This document shows positions 54,213 to 64,000 of a stretch of 64,000 nucleotides of DNA, piece after piece; the first letter of the stretch is position 1, and the number at the start of each line of letters is the position of its first letter. Origin of the DNA: Planctomycetota bacterium (lineage in GTDB: Bacteria > Planctomycetota > B15-G4 > SIAN01). The position numbers and the translations under genes were made by a program. The notes beneath the pieces are model-generated. The model had not been told where the DNA came from. It saw only the letters and a list, made by a program, of their open reading frames with translations, and ran no database searches. The stretch lies in contig JANNXA010000051.1 of NCBI GenBank assembly GCA_031409275.1, positions 256,001 to 320,000 of the forward strand, given 5' to 3'.

Positions 54213-56254
54213 GAAGTGCGCTGCCGATTGCGCTCTTTGCCACCGTCGTGGCCGCCACGCTCGCCGCTCGCGCCGCGCCGCGCGGCGCGCAGGCGACGCC
54301 CCCCGAACCGGCGAGCGCTGCGCCAAGCAAGATGCCGCGCAAGCCCGACGTGCTGCTGATCACGCTCGACACCACGCGGCGCGACTACCTCGGCTGCTAC
54401 GGCAGGAGCCCGTCGCCGACGCCGGTGCTCGACGAGTTCGCGCGCAGTGCGGTGATCTTCGACGATGCGCTGACCGTCGCGCCGCTGACCTTGCCGGCGC
54501 ACGCCTCGCTGATGACCGGCCTCCACCCCTTCTCGCACGGCATCCACGACAACTCGCTCTACCGCCTTCCGGAGGCCGCGCACACGCTCGCCGAGATCCT
54601 CCACGAAGCGGGCTACGCCACCGGCGCCGCGATCGCATCGTTCGTCCTCGACCCCGTCTTCGGCCTCGCGCAGGGATTCGACCGCTACCAGGCGCCGCCG
54701 CGCGGCGTGTCGAGCAGCCGCTCGCTCCACTTCACCGAGCTGCCGGCTTCGACGCAGATCGATCGCGCGCTCGCGGACCTTTCGCAGCTCGGTCGTCCTG
54801 GCGAGCGACCGCCGTTCTTCTACTGGCTGCACCTGTTCGACGTGCACGCCCCCTACACCCCCAAGCAAGCGCCGCAGTTCACCTCCGCGCAGGCGCTCGA
54901 GCGCAAGGGCGCCTTGAAGGTGCTCTACGAAGCGGAGCTGCACGAGATGGACCACGAGCTCGCCCGCTTCTTCGGGGCGTGGCAGCACAACGGCGGCTTC
55001 GAGAACAGCATCGTCGTCGTCTGCGCCGACCACGGCGAAGGGCTCTCCGACGGCCCCGAAGAGACGCACGGCTACTTCGTCCACGACTCGACCATGCGCG
55101 TGCCGCTGATCTGGCGCGAGCCGGGACTCGCGCCGGCGCGCGTCGCGACGCCGGTGTCGCTGGTCGACGTCGCCCCCACGCTGCTGGCGCGAGCCGGCAT
55201 CGATGCGAGCGCCGAGAGCTTCGACGGCCTCGACCTGTCGCCCTGGCTCGTGCAGCCGGAGCAGCCCGCGCCCGACCGCGTGCTGCCCTTCGAGAGCTGG
55301 TACGTCTGGCTCAACTTCGGCTTCGCGCCGTTCGAGGGCGCCACCAACGGCGCGCTCAAGTACGTCCGTTCCGCGCGCGAGCAGCTGCACGACCGCGTCG
55401 CCGACCCCCTCGAGCAGAACGACCTGTTCAGCCCCGACGACGCGCGCGCCATCGGCCTGCGCCGCCGCCTCGCCGCCGCGCAGGCCGCGGCACAACCGCT
55501 GTCGCGAGCGAATCCGGCGCTTTCGGAAGCCGATCGCGCCGCGCTGGCCGCGCTGGGCTACGCGCAAGGCGGAACGACCGCCGAGCTGCCGAGCGTCGAC
55601 TGGTCCACTCTGCCGGATGCCTACACGAAGCAGGCCGCCATCACCGGCTTCGACGCGCTGAGCGGAGCGCTGGAGCGCTCCGACTGGAACGGCGCGTTGG
55701 CGTTGCTGAGAGAGCTCGTCGCCCGCGAGCCCACCAGCGCGATCTTCCACGAGCAGCTCGGAATGATGCTGATCAACCTCGGCCCGCAGAACGCGGACGA
55801 TGCGATCCAGCAGCTGCAGCGCGCGATCGAGCTCGACCCGCGCCGCTCCCGCGTCTGGTTCGCGCTGGCGCGCGCCTTCGAGGCGAAGGCGACGGCGGCG
55901 CGCGTTCGGAAGGACGACGCCCGCCAACGCTCTCGCGGTCGCGAAGCCAAGCAGGCGGGCGAGGAAGAGCGCGCGTACCTCGCAAAGAGCCAGCACGCCG
56001 CCCGTGAATCCCTGCGACTCGAGCCGAACTACCCCGACGCGCTGCTTTTCCTCGGTCGCATGATGATGCTGGATGCCGAGAAAGCGTGGGCCGCTGGCGA
56101 TCGAGCCACCGCGCGCCCCCTCTACGCCGAAGTCGCGGCGCTCTCCGATCGCTTCTTCGTCTCGGTCGGCGGCGAAGGACCCGACACCGTGCCCGCCGCC
56201 GCCGTGCGCGATCACGCCCGGAAGCGGCTCGCCGAGATCGACGCCCGCCGCTGA
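54209..56254 (+). CDS. Secreted sulfatase-fold protein (TLPAH) with C-terminal TPRs
   Basis: Signal peptide, TLDTTRRD, LTLPAHASLMTG, HLFDVH.PY, ADHGEG, LAALGY, TPR tail. Confidence 0.9.
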   Translation: MRSALPIALFATVVAATLAARAAPRGAQATPPEPASAAPSKMPRKPDVLLITLDTTRRDYLGCYGRSPSPTPVLDEFARSAVIFDDALTVAPLTLPAHASLMTGLHPFSHGIHDNSLYRLPEAAHTLAEILHEAGYATGAAIASFVLDPVFGLAQGFDRYQAPPRGVSSSRSLHFTELPASTQIDRALADLSQLGRPGERPPFFYWLHLFDVHAPYTPKQAPQFTSAQALERKGALKVLYEAELHEMDHELARFFGAWQHNGGFENSIVVVCADHGEGLSDGPEETHGYFVHDSTMRVPLIWREPGLAPARVATPVSLVDVAPTLLARAGIDASAESFDGLDLSPWLVQPEQPAPDRVLPFESWYVWLNFGFAPFEGATNGALKYVRSAREQLHDRVADPLEQNDLFSPDDARAIGLRRRLAAAQAAAQPLSRANPALSEADRAALAALGYAQGGTTAELPSVDWSTLPDAYTKQAAITGFDALSGALERSDWNGALALLRELVAREPTSAIFHEQLGMMLINLGPQNADDAIQQLQRAIELDPRRSRVWFALARAFEAKATAARVRKDDARQRSRGREAKQAGEEERAYLAKSQHAARESLRLEPNYPDALLFLGRMMMLDAEKAWAAGDRATARPLYAEVAALSDRFFVSVGGEGPDTVPAAAVRDHARKRLAEIDARR

Positions 56255-56291
56255 CCGCGCGCCCCGCTTTTCGCCGCGTGCTGCGCCCCGC

Positions 56292-56380
56292 GCAGCCACG
56301 CGCCCCACCACCTCGCCGCTTGCGCCGCGCGCCGCTCCTGCGGCCGCGCGCCCCACCACCTCACCCCCGGTTGAGCCGCG
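56292..56380. repeat. Imperfect intergenic direct repeat, 48-bp period
   Basis: Identical 16-mer CGCGCCCCACCACCTC at 56299-56314 and 56347-56362, with similar flanks. Confidence 0.6.
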
Positions 56381-56497
56381 AGCGCGCGTCAGCGCCGCTC
56401 GTCGGCTCCAACGCGCGAGAGGCGAGCTGCGCACCGCGCAGTCTCGCCGGCGCGGGCGTTCTGCTGCGGCGGCTGCGCCGCCGTCAGCAGCAACGCC

Positions 56498-57771
56498 CTA
56501 TTCGTGCCGCAGCGCCTCCACCGGATCCATGGTCGCCGCGCGCCATGCCGGGTAGAGCCCGAACACGATCCCCACCACCACCGAGATCACGAACGAGAGC
56601 ACGTAGCTCTCCTGCGTCGGCATCGGGTGGAGCTTCGGATTGATGGTCGGCACGAGGACGCAGATCACCCAACCGAGCGACATGCCCAGCACGCCGCCGC
56701 CGCCCGCGAGCACGACGGTCTCGACCAGGAACTGGGCGACGATGTGCTTGCGTTTGGCGCCAAGCGCGCGCCGGATGCCGATCTCGCGGGTGCGCTCGGT
56801 GACGGTGGCGAGCATCACGTTGGTGATGCCGATGCCGCCGATCAGCAGCGAGATGCCGGCGATCGCGCCGAGCACGCGGTTGAAATCCTTCTTGGTCTCC
56901 TCCGCGTCGCGAAGCAGCGACAGCGGCACCACGACCTCGTAGTCGGCCTTCGTCTTGTGCGACGCGGCCAGCATCTCCTTCAGGACCGCGGCGGTCGCCT
57001 CGACCTTCTTCACGTCGGTGACGCGCACCTGCAGCTGATGGAGCTCGACCTGCTCCATGTCGCGGCTTCCCGACGAGACCTTGACGATGATCTCGCCCCA
57101 ATACTGGCGGACGGTCGTCAGCGGCGCGTAGACGTCGCGCGAGAGGTCCTCGATGGTGCCCTGGTCGTCGCCCGTCAATGCGGTGCGCGGCAGCATCACG
57201 CCGACGACGCGGAATGCCTGCGTGCCGAGCTTGATCAGCTTTCCAAGCGGTTCATCGAGCGGGAACAGTTCGCGCGCGACGGTCGCGCCGAGCACGCAGA
57301 CCGGCGTGCGCGCCTGGAGGTCGACCTCCGTCACGAAGCGGCCTGACTCGAGCTTGAAGTCGTTGGTCTCGCCGAACCACGGCACCGTCCCGACGACCCG
57401 CGAGTCGGCGCGACGGTCGGCGTAGCGCGCGTCCTGGTAGATCGCGCGGACTGGAACGACGATCTGCGCGTTGGGCAGCGTCTGCTTCATCCGCTCGGCG
57501 TCCTGGTAGGTCAGTCCGTAGACCGACAGGCGCGAGCGCTCGGCTCCAGCGGAGTTGCTCTCCGGCGGCTTCAAGCTGCGCACCAGGATGTTGTTCGATC
57601 CGAGCGCCTGGATGCGCATCTGCACGTCGTGCGAAAGCCCTTCGCCGATGGCGAGCATGGCGATGACCGACGCGACGCCGAACAGCACGCCGAGGCTCGT
57701 CAGCAGCGAACGCAACCCGTGGCGGGCGACGCCGCGCAGACCGAGATGGAAGGTGCGCCACATCGCGGTGA

Positions 57772-57775
<4 letters not shown>
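56498..57775 (-). CDS. MacB-like ABC permease
   Basis: RSLLTSLGVLFGVASVIAM, SLLIGGIGITNVML, ERTREIGIRRALGA, YPA..A..DPVEALR. GTG overlaps the ATPase stop. Confidence 0.93.
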
Positions 57776-58524
<749 letters not shown>

Positions 58525-58564
58525 GGTCAGCTGCGCTTCCGCTGCTGGCTGGCGACGAGGCGGC

Positions 58565-60397
58565 TCAAGTGCCCCCCTGCGCCTTCTCGCCGGCGCCGCC
58601 GCGTCCGCCTGCCGGCGGACCGCCCGCGCCACCGCCGAACTGCTTCATCCGCTCGTCCCACGCGGCCTTCTGCTCCGGCGTCATCTTGTCGAGCATCTCC
58701 TGCATCGCCTTCTTGCGCTCCTCCTCGCTCATGCCGCGCAGCTTGGAAAAGTCGAACGCGGGCGCGGCGCCGGCGGCCGGAGCCGCGGCTGCGGCGCCAT
58801 CGCCTTCGGGACGCGCTCCCTTGGTCGGGATGGCGCCCGCCTGCTTGCGCAGATCCTCGACCGACGCGGCCGCTGCGACCTTCGCGGCCGCGGGGAAATC
58901 AGGCTGCGGCGCGCCTGGCGGCACCGAGAGGAAGACTCGCTCGCCCGGCGCCAGCCCATCGGCGATGGCGACGCGCGCGTCGTTGTGCATGCCGATCTTC
59001 ACCTCGCGCACCAGCGGCTTTCCGGTGGCGTCGGAGATGTAGACGTAGTAGCGCTCGCCGCGCCGGTAGACCGCGTGGATGGGCAGGGCGATGGTGTCCT
59101 GAAGCTCGTCGACGACGATCTCGGCGCTCGCGCTCATGCCCGGACGCAGCCCGGTGGTCGCGCCGCCGATGGTGATCTCGCAGCGGTAGACCTTGAGGTC
59201 GGGATTGAGCCACTGGTTGGCGGAGTCGGGCAGCGGCGCGATGAAGGTCACGCGCCCGACGAAGGACTGCGCGCCGGCATCGATGGTCACGAGCGCCGGC
59301 TGGTCCACCTTCACCTTGTCGACCGCCGACTCGTGGACGCTGACCGAGACGATCATCTCGGTGGTGTCGGGGAGGCTGATCAGCAGCTGGTTCTCGCGAA
59401 CGGCCGCGCCTTCCTCGACGCGGTCGCGATCGCTGCGGCCACCGCCCATGCCGCCGCCCTGGTTGACCGGATAGACGACGAGCCCGGCGGATGGCGCACG
59501 AATGGTCGTGTTGACCAACTGCGACTCGAGCAGCGCCAGCTTGTTCTGCTCGAGCTCGAAGGTCGCCTTCTTCGATTCGTAGTCGGCGACCTTCTGCGCG
59601 AAGTCAGCCTCGCAGCGCAGCTTCACGCGCTCGAGCTCGGCGCTCTTCTGCAGCACGTCGCTCTCGAGCACCTGCATCTGCCGCGGCCGCTCGAAGTCGG
59701 CGAGGATCCGCTGCTGCAGCTCCGACATCGACTTCTTCACGGTGGCGCGTTCGGCCGCGAGGCGATCGCTCTGCAGCTCGGTCTCGGCCGCGAAGTCGAG
59801 CGCCACGAGCTCGGCGGTGTCGTCGGCCTTCTGATTGGCCGCCTTCTCCTCCGACTCGGCGAGCTTCTTGTCGGAGGCGGCCTGCTTCTCCTTCAGCGGG
59901 AAGTCGCCGTCGATGTACTTGCGCTTGTCGGTCTCCGCCAACGCGAGGTCGACGGTCGCCTTCTGCGTGTCGCTGGCGTTCTTGCTCTCCTGGATCTCGC
60001 GCGCCTTCTCGGCCTGGATGAAGGCGGCCTTCGCATTCTGGAACTTGATCTTCTGAGCGGTGAGTTCGTCTTCGAGGTTGCTGGCGTCGAGCTTGACGAG
60101 GATGTCTCCCTCGTTGACGCGCACGCCCTCGTCGACGAGTTCGAGGATCGTCGCGCCCCCCTTCACCTTGCAGTAGATGTCGACCGACTTCGACGCCTTG
60201 AGCTGCCCGGACTCGACCACCGAGACGCGCAGCTTCTCGCGCGCGACCGTCGCGCTGAGCGCGAGCTCGGTGTCGACCTTGTCATCGCGCCGCCCCCACC
60301 AAAGGAAGCCGCCGACGGCGAGCCCCGCGACGACGACGAGCAGCCAGAGGATCGCCGCGCCACGGCGGCTGCGGTCGAGAGCAAGTCGATGGTCCAT
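58565..60397 (-). CDS. Efflux periplasmic adaptor (MacA/HlyD-like) with long coiled coil and Gly/Gln-rich tail
   Basis: N-terminal TM, 'EGVRVNEGDILVKLD', 'IRAPSAGLV', LRPGMSA, GLAPGERV. Confidence 0.9.
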   Translation of the reverse strand: MDHRLALDRSRRGAAILWLLVVVAGLAVGGFLWWGRRDDKVDTELALSATVAREKLRVSVVESGQLKASKSVDIYCKVKGGATILELVDEGVRVNEGDILVKLDASNLEDELTAQKIKFQNAKAAFIQAEKAREIQESKNASDTQKATVDLALAETDKRKYIDGDFPLKEKQAASDKKLAESEEKAANQKADDTAELVALDFAAETELQSDRLAAERATVKKSMSELQQRILADFERPRQMQVLESDVLQKSAELERVKLRCEADFAQKVADYESKKATFELEQNKLALLESQLVNTTIRAPSAGLVVYPVNQGGGMGGGRSDRDRVEEGAAVRENQLLISLPDTTEMIVSVSVHESAVDKVKVDQPALVTIDAGAQSFVGRVTFIAPLPDSANQWLNPDLKVYRCEITIGGATTGLRPGMSASAEIVVDELQDTIALPIHAVYRRGERYYVYISDATGKPLVREVKIGMHNDARVAIADGLAPGERVFLSVPPGAPQPDFPAAAKVAAAASVEDLRKQAGAIPTKGARPEGDGAAAAAPAAGAAPAFDFSKLRGMSEEERKKAMQEMLDKMTPEQKAAWDERMKQFGGGAGGPPAGGRGGAGEKAQGGT

Positions 60398-60451
60398 GTC
60401 AGCACTCCTTCGTCACGACCGCCGCGGCGGCCTCGAACTGCGTCCGTTCGG

Positions 60452-62389
60452 TCAACGTCCCTCGCCTGGCTCGGCGCTCGCGTCCGTGCCTGCATCCAGC
60501 CCTGCGTCCGGCCCTGAATCCGTGCCTGCATCCGTGCCCGCCGGCGGCTCGACCGCCGCGTCGGCGACCGGCGGCAGATCGTGCAGCGTGATGCCGCTTT
60601 CGTCGAGCTCGAGCAGCCCCATGTCGCGCCAGAGTTCGAGACGCGCGACTTCGTAGTCGACGAGCGCCTGCGTCAGCTGGTTCCTCGCGCGGTTCAAGGC
60701 ATCGGTCGCATCGAGCGCGTCACGGATCTGGATGCGACCCATGCGGAGCGTCAGCGCGGTCGATTGCACGCGCCGCTGGGCGACGGCGACCGACTCGACC
60801 GCGATGCGATGCGTCTCCCGCAGCTGCGCGAGCCGGCGCAGGCCGTTGCGCACGTCCTGCTGCAGCGAGTCCGCGCTCAACGTGACCGTGCGCGACTGCA
60901 CCTCGCGATCCAGCAGCGCGCGGCGGTAGGCGTTGCGCTCGGCGAGCTTGTCGACCGGGAGGTCGAGCGTGAGGCCGGCGCGCCAGGTCGCGTCGCCCGC
61001 CTGGGTATCGAACACGGTGTCGCGATCGGTCGGCACCGTGACGCCCGCCGACAGGTCGAGCGCGGCGCGCAGGTCGTCGGCGGCCACGTGGATGCGCCGG
61101 TCGGCGTCCTCGAGCTGTTCGACCGTGTTCAGGTGATCGAGGCGGTTGTCGAGCGCGACGGCGATCGCGCGCGTCTCGCTGAAGCGGATGGCGGGAAGTC
61201 CGGCCTCGCGCAGCCGCTCGAACTCGTCCGGCATCAGCCCCAGGTCGGCCTCGAGCGGCAACCCGAGCGTCAACTTGAAGGCGTCGATCGAGTCCTGGTA
61301 GCTGCGCTGCGCGACGATCCAGGAGTTGCGCGCGCTGAGCTCGCTCTGCACGGCCTGGTCGAGCTGGATCTGGCTGCGCCGGCCGCGCTCGGCGAGCGCC
61401 TCGGACTGCTCGCGGGAATCGATGAACTGCAGGTAGCTGCGCCGCGCGTTCTCGATCTGGTCGACCGATTGGAGCAGCCGGTAGTACTCGCTCGCCACGC
61501 GGACGGCGAACTCCTGGCGGAAGCGCTCGAACGCGCGCAGCGCGTAGACGGCGTCGCGCTCCGACTGCACCAGCGGCTCCTGCGCGATCTGCTTGCCGGC
61601 CCCCTGCAGCAACGGCTGGCTGAACGCGAGGTCGAAGAACGAGCTGGTCGAGTGGTTGGTCCCGTTGGTGAACTCGACGCCGGTGAAGCGGCGCAGCAGG
61701 TCATTGCTGAAGCGGAAGACCAGCAAGCCGCCGGAGGCGAGCTGCTGCGTGAGCGAGAACTCGGTGGCGAGCGTGCCATCGCGCTGGCGCTTGCTGCCGC
61801 CTGGCGCGCTGGTCCAGTCGTACGAGGAGGTGACGCCGAAGCGCGCCTCGAAGAGGTAGCGCTGGAACGTCACGTCGAGCGCGGCGAGGTAGACCTGCTC
61901 CTTCTGGCGCTGGAAGTCGCGGCTGTTCTCCGACGCGATCGCAAGGGCGTCCGTCAGCGAAAGCACCTTGCGCGGAAGCAACGGCGGGTCGGTGACCGAG
62001 AAAGCGACCATGTCGCTGGCGTGGCGCTGCTCCACCTGCTCGATGCGGACGGCGAGTTTCGCTCGCACGGCCTCCGTCGCATCGCTCGCTTCGCCGCTGC
62101 TGGCCGGCGCCGGCACCGGCGGAGGCATCACCTCACGCAGCTGGCGCTCCCGCTGCTCGTCCCGATGGGTGGCGAGTTCGGCCAACAACTGCTGGCGCAG
62201 GATGTCCTGCGCCTGCTCGACCGTAAAGCCCGACGCCTTGCCGAACAGGCGCTCTTCCTTGGCCTTGACGATGGCGTCGACTTCGAGGTCCGCCTCGCGC
62301 TGGTACTGCTCGGCACTGCACGCCGCGAGCGAGAGGCCGGCCATGGTCAGCCAACGCAACGAACGGAAGGAGAGCGCGGGACGCGTCAT
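60452..62389 (-). CDS. TolC-family outer-membrane lipoprotein
   Basis: Lipobox LAAC, 'LSLTDAL', 'SQPLLQGAG', 'A..NRLD', 'LDLPVD..ERNAYR', helical repeats. Confidence 0.85.
   Translation of the reverse strand: MTRPALSFRSLRWLTMAGLSLAACSAEQYQREADLEVDAIVKAKEERLFGKASGFTVEQAQDILRQQLLAELATHRDEQRERQLREVMPPPVPAPASSGEASDATEAVRAKLAVRIEQVEQRHASDMVAFSVTDPPLLPRKVLSLTDALAIASENSRDFQRQKEQVYLAALDVTFQRYLFEARFGVTSSYDWTSAPGGSKRQRDGTLATEFSLTQQLASGGLLVFRFSNDLLRRFTGVEFTNGTNHSTSSFFDLAFSQPLLQGAGKQIAQEPLVQSERDAVYALRAFERFRQEFAVRVASEYYRLLQSVDQIENARRSYLQFIDSREQSEALAERGRRSQIQLDQAVQSELSARNSWIVAQRSYQDSIDAFKLTLGLPLEADLGLMPDEFERLREAGLPAIRFSETRAIAVALDNRLDHLNTVEQLEDADRRIHVAADDLRAALDLSAGVTVPTDRDTVFDTQAGDATWRAGLTLDLPVDKLAERNAYRRALLDREVQSRTVTLSADSLQQDVRNGLRRLAQLRETHRIAVESVAVAQRRVQSTALTLRMGRIQIRDALDATDALNRARNQLTQALVDYEVARLELWRDMGLLELDESGITLHDLPPVADAAVEPPAGTDAGTDSGPDAGLDAGTDASAEPGEGR
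60482..60541 (-). repeat. Five imperfect 12-bp coding tandem repeats (AGTD/AGTD/SGPD/AGLD/AGTD) in the TolC C-terminal tail
   Basis: On + strand: gtccgtgcctgc, atccagccctgc, gtccggccctga, atccgtgcctgc, atccgtgcccgc. Confidence 0.7.
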
Positions 62390-62518
62390 TCGCACAGCCT
62401 GAGGGGGCGAGGGGGTGCAGGATTCAAGCGCGACCGTACGAGAGCCGCACGGCGCAGTTCGTGTCATTTGAACGTCATCTCGAGCGCGGACCGAAGTCAC
62501 GACCACGCCGCGCCGAAG

Positions 62519-62755
62519 TCAAGGGCGCGCGTTCGCGACCAACGCGAGGATCTCGCCCGGCTCGGGGAAGCGCTTCGTGGCGAGCTTCGAGTAGATCAGC
62601 TTGCCGTCGAGCGACACCTCGAAGCAGCCACCGTCGCTCGGAACGAGCCGCAGTTCGGAGATCTTGCGTTTGTGCGCGTTGAGGAGCTCAGCCGTCAGAC
62701 CGACGGCACGCGGCTCGTAGTTTCAGGCGGTGCAGTAGCGGATCTGCAGCAGCAT
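62519..62755 (-). CDS. SelW/SelT/SelH (Rdx) family selenoprotein, C-x-x-U; not in the ORF track
   Basis: MLLQIRYCTA-U(TGA 62725-62723)-NYEPRAVGLTAELLNAHKRKISELRLVPSDGGCFEVSLDGKLIYSKLATKRFPEPGEILALVANARP. Has the Rdx hallmarks YCxxU, GxFEV and SK..xFP, and GGAG 5 nt upstream of the ATG. Confidence 0.93.
62684..62716 (-). promoter_or_regulatory. Bacterial SECIS hairpin of the SelW-like gene
   Basis: GCCGUC-GGUCU-GACGGC (62707-62691) starts 16 nt after UGA, with a lower GAGC/GCUC stem. The GGUCU loop resembles the E. coli fdhF SECIS apex. Confidence 0.82.
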
Positions 62756-62863
62756 CGGAGCTCCAGGACGAGAGGGCGCCGGAAGGCGCGGGGCGCCTAT
62801 TCATCCCGACGCGATGCCAAGAGGCAAGCTCCGAAATCGGCGGCCTTGGCGCAGAATGGCGCG

Positions 62864-63847
62864 ATGCTCCGCGCCTTCGCCTGCCGCGTCGCCGAATCTT
62901 CCCCACCGACCGACGCGGTCGAGCGGGCGCTGCGCGACTATTCACCGGCGCAGCAGGCGTCCCTCGGCGGTGTCGCCATGGGACTCGGCCTGCTGCTCTG
63001 CTTCGCGGCGATGCGGCGCGCGCAAGGCTGGGTGGCGCGCCCGCCACCACCGCCATCGCCGCCGTCGATGGCGCAGCTGCCGGCGCATTGGCCGCCCGTT
63101 ACGCGCGCGATTGCCGGCATCGCGGTGCGCCTGGGATTCGGGCCGCCCCGCTCCTTCACGCCGGCGTTCCTGCCGCTTTGCTTCCTGGTCTGGTTTGCCG
63201 CGACGCTGCTCGGCGCCTCGCTCACGCGCGACGCGGCGAGCAGCGGTGGCGCCGGACTCACGCCCGAACGGCTCCACGCCGCCGGCTTGACGTTCCTGCT
63301 GGTCGCGGGGGTGATGATCGGATTCGTGGCGCTCTGGACGCGCCTCTTCGGCGACGGACTCGCCGATGTCGGATTGCGCCGCGCGGGGTTGCCTGGCGCG
63401 CTGGCGTTCGCGCTGCTGCTCTTCGTCTGCTTCGTGCCCGTGCAGCTTGGCGCCGTCGCGCTCGAGAGCGGCGTGCGCGGGATGCTCGACCTGCCCGCGG
63501 AGGGGCAGGCCGCGGTCGCCACGTTCGCACGGTTCCCGGAGCTGCGCCGCGACCTCGTGGTGCTGGCCGGGATCACGCTCGCGGCTCCGCTGCACGAGGA
63601 GCTGCTCTTCCGCGGCGTCTTGTGGCGCTACCTCGCGCGCCTCTTCCCGCCGGCGGCGGCGTTGGTGCTGAACGGCGTGCTGTTCGCGTCGCTGCACGAT
63701 GGCGGCCGCTTCGCCGTCTTCGTGCTGGGCGTGGCGCTGGCCTGGCTGATGCAACGCACCGGCCACCTCGCCGCGCCGCTCCTGTTCCACATGGTGCACA
63801 ATGGCGTGACGCTCGCGGTCATTGCCGCGTCGGCCGGACACGGATGA
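62864..63847 (+). CDS. CPBP (Abi/CAAX) family intramembrane metalloprotease
   Basis: EELLFRG, FASLH and HMVHNG motifs with multiple TM segments. Start uncertain. Confidence 0.85.
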   Translation: MLRAFACRVAESSPPTDAVERALRDYSPAQQASLGGVAMGLGLLLCFAAMRRAQGWVARPPPPPSPPSMAQLPAHWPPVTRAIAGIAVRLGFGPPRSFTPAFLPLCFLVWFAATLLGASLTRDAASSGGAGLTPERLHAAGLTFLLVAGVMIGFVALWTRLFGDGLADVGLRRAGLPGALAFALLLFVCFVPVQLGAVALESGVRGMLDLPAEGQAAVATFARFPELRRDLVVLAGITLAAPLHEELLFRGVLWRYLARLFPPAAALVLNGVLFASLHDGGRFAVFVLGVALAWLMQRTGHLAAPLLFHMVHNGVTLAVIAASAGHG

Positions 63848-63876
63848 CGATCGACACGAGCACGGGGAAGACGACG

Positions 63877-64000
63877 ATGGACTTCAAGCTCGAGAAGCGC
63901 GGCGACTACTACGTGGCGAACAATGCCGCGCTGATCCACCAGGTGACGATCGGCAAGGACTCGAGCATCTGGTACGGCTGCGTAGTGCGGGGCGACGTCG
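63877..64000 (+). CDS. Gamma-carbonic anhydrase family (hexapeptide repeat) protein, 3'-truncated
   Basis: MDFKLEKRGDYYVANNAALIHQVTIGKDSSIWYGCVVRGDV. An alternative in-frame ATG at 63844 overlaps the upstream stop. Confidence 0.8.
   Translation, partial: MDFKLEKRGDYYVANNAALIHQVTIGKDSSIWYGCVVRGDV

Noticed and set aside
56292..56380. Mini CRISPR array
   Set aside because: Only two imperfect copies, no palindromic repeat and no cas genes.
60581..63847. 1088-aa plus-strand ORF
   Set aside because: The first ~760 aa are an antisense shadow of tolC and the SelW-like gene. Only the C-terminal part (from about 62864) has CPBP motifs.

Overview
A 64-kb, very GC-rich and gene-dense bacterial window. 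The gene content (many sulfatase-fold proteins, a lipoprotein TolC, TPR and carboxypeptidase-regulatory-domain proteins) suggests a Planctomycetota-like organism, but this is inference only. About 52 real CDSs can be separated from the many GC-driven shadow ORFs. The main discoveries are two selenoprotein genes missing from the ORF track, each with an in-frame UGA in a redox motif and a hairpin starting 16 nt downstream. (i) A U-P-P-C glutaredoxin/NrdH-like gene (14813-15046) heads a tandem triplet with two Cys paralogs (CPPC, CGPC) and is separated from them by a highly structured 109-nt RNA with a possible anti-Shine-Dalgarno switch. (ii) A SelW/Rdx-family C-T-A-U gene lies at 62519-62755. 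A membrane-bound flavoprotein/polyferredoxin fusion and a Cys-rich partner lie next to the triplet. A ~31-kb cell-surface modification region (25-56 kb) holds six sulfatase-fold proteins that all carry T-x-(P/S)-x-H instead of the formylglycine C/S-x-P-x-R motif. It also holds four GT-C-like membrane proteins, GT2/GT4 enzymes, an SGNH acetyltransferase-like protein, a flavoprotein and a radical SAM/SPASM enzyme, and is interrupted by a stand-alone flbD-motA-motB module. Also present are an HDOD-REC-GGDEF cyclase, a PilG/H/I(Xap)-like ABC trio, pgl-tkt-gnd, a MacAB-TolC-type efflux operon and a 179-bp MITE-like element. No rRNA, tRNA or CRISPR array was seen. All family assignments come from motif recognition by eye, not database searches.
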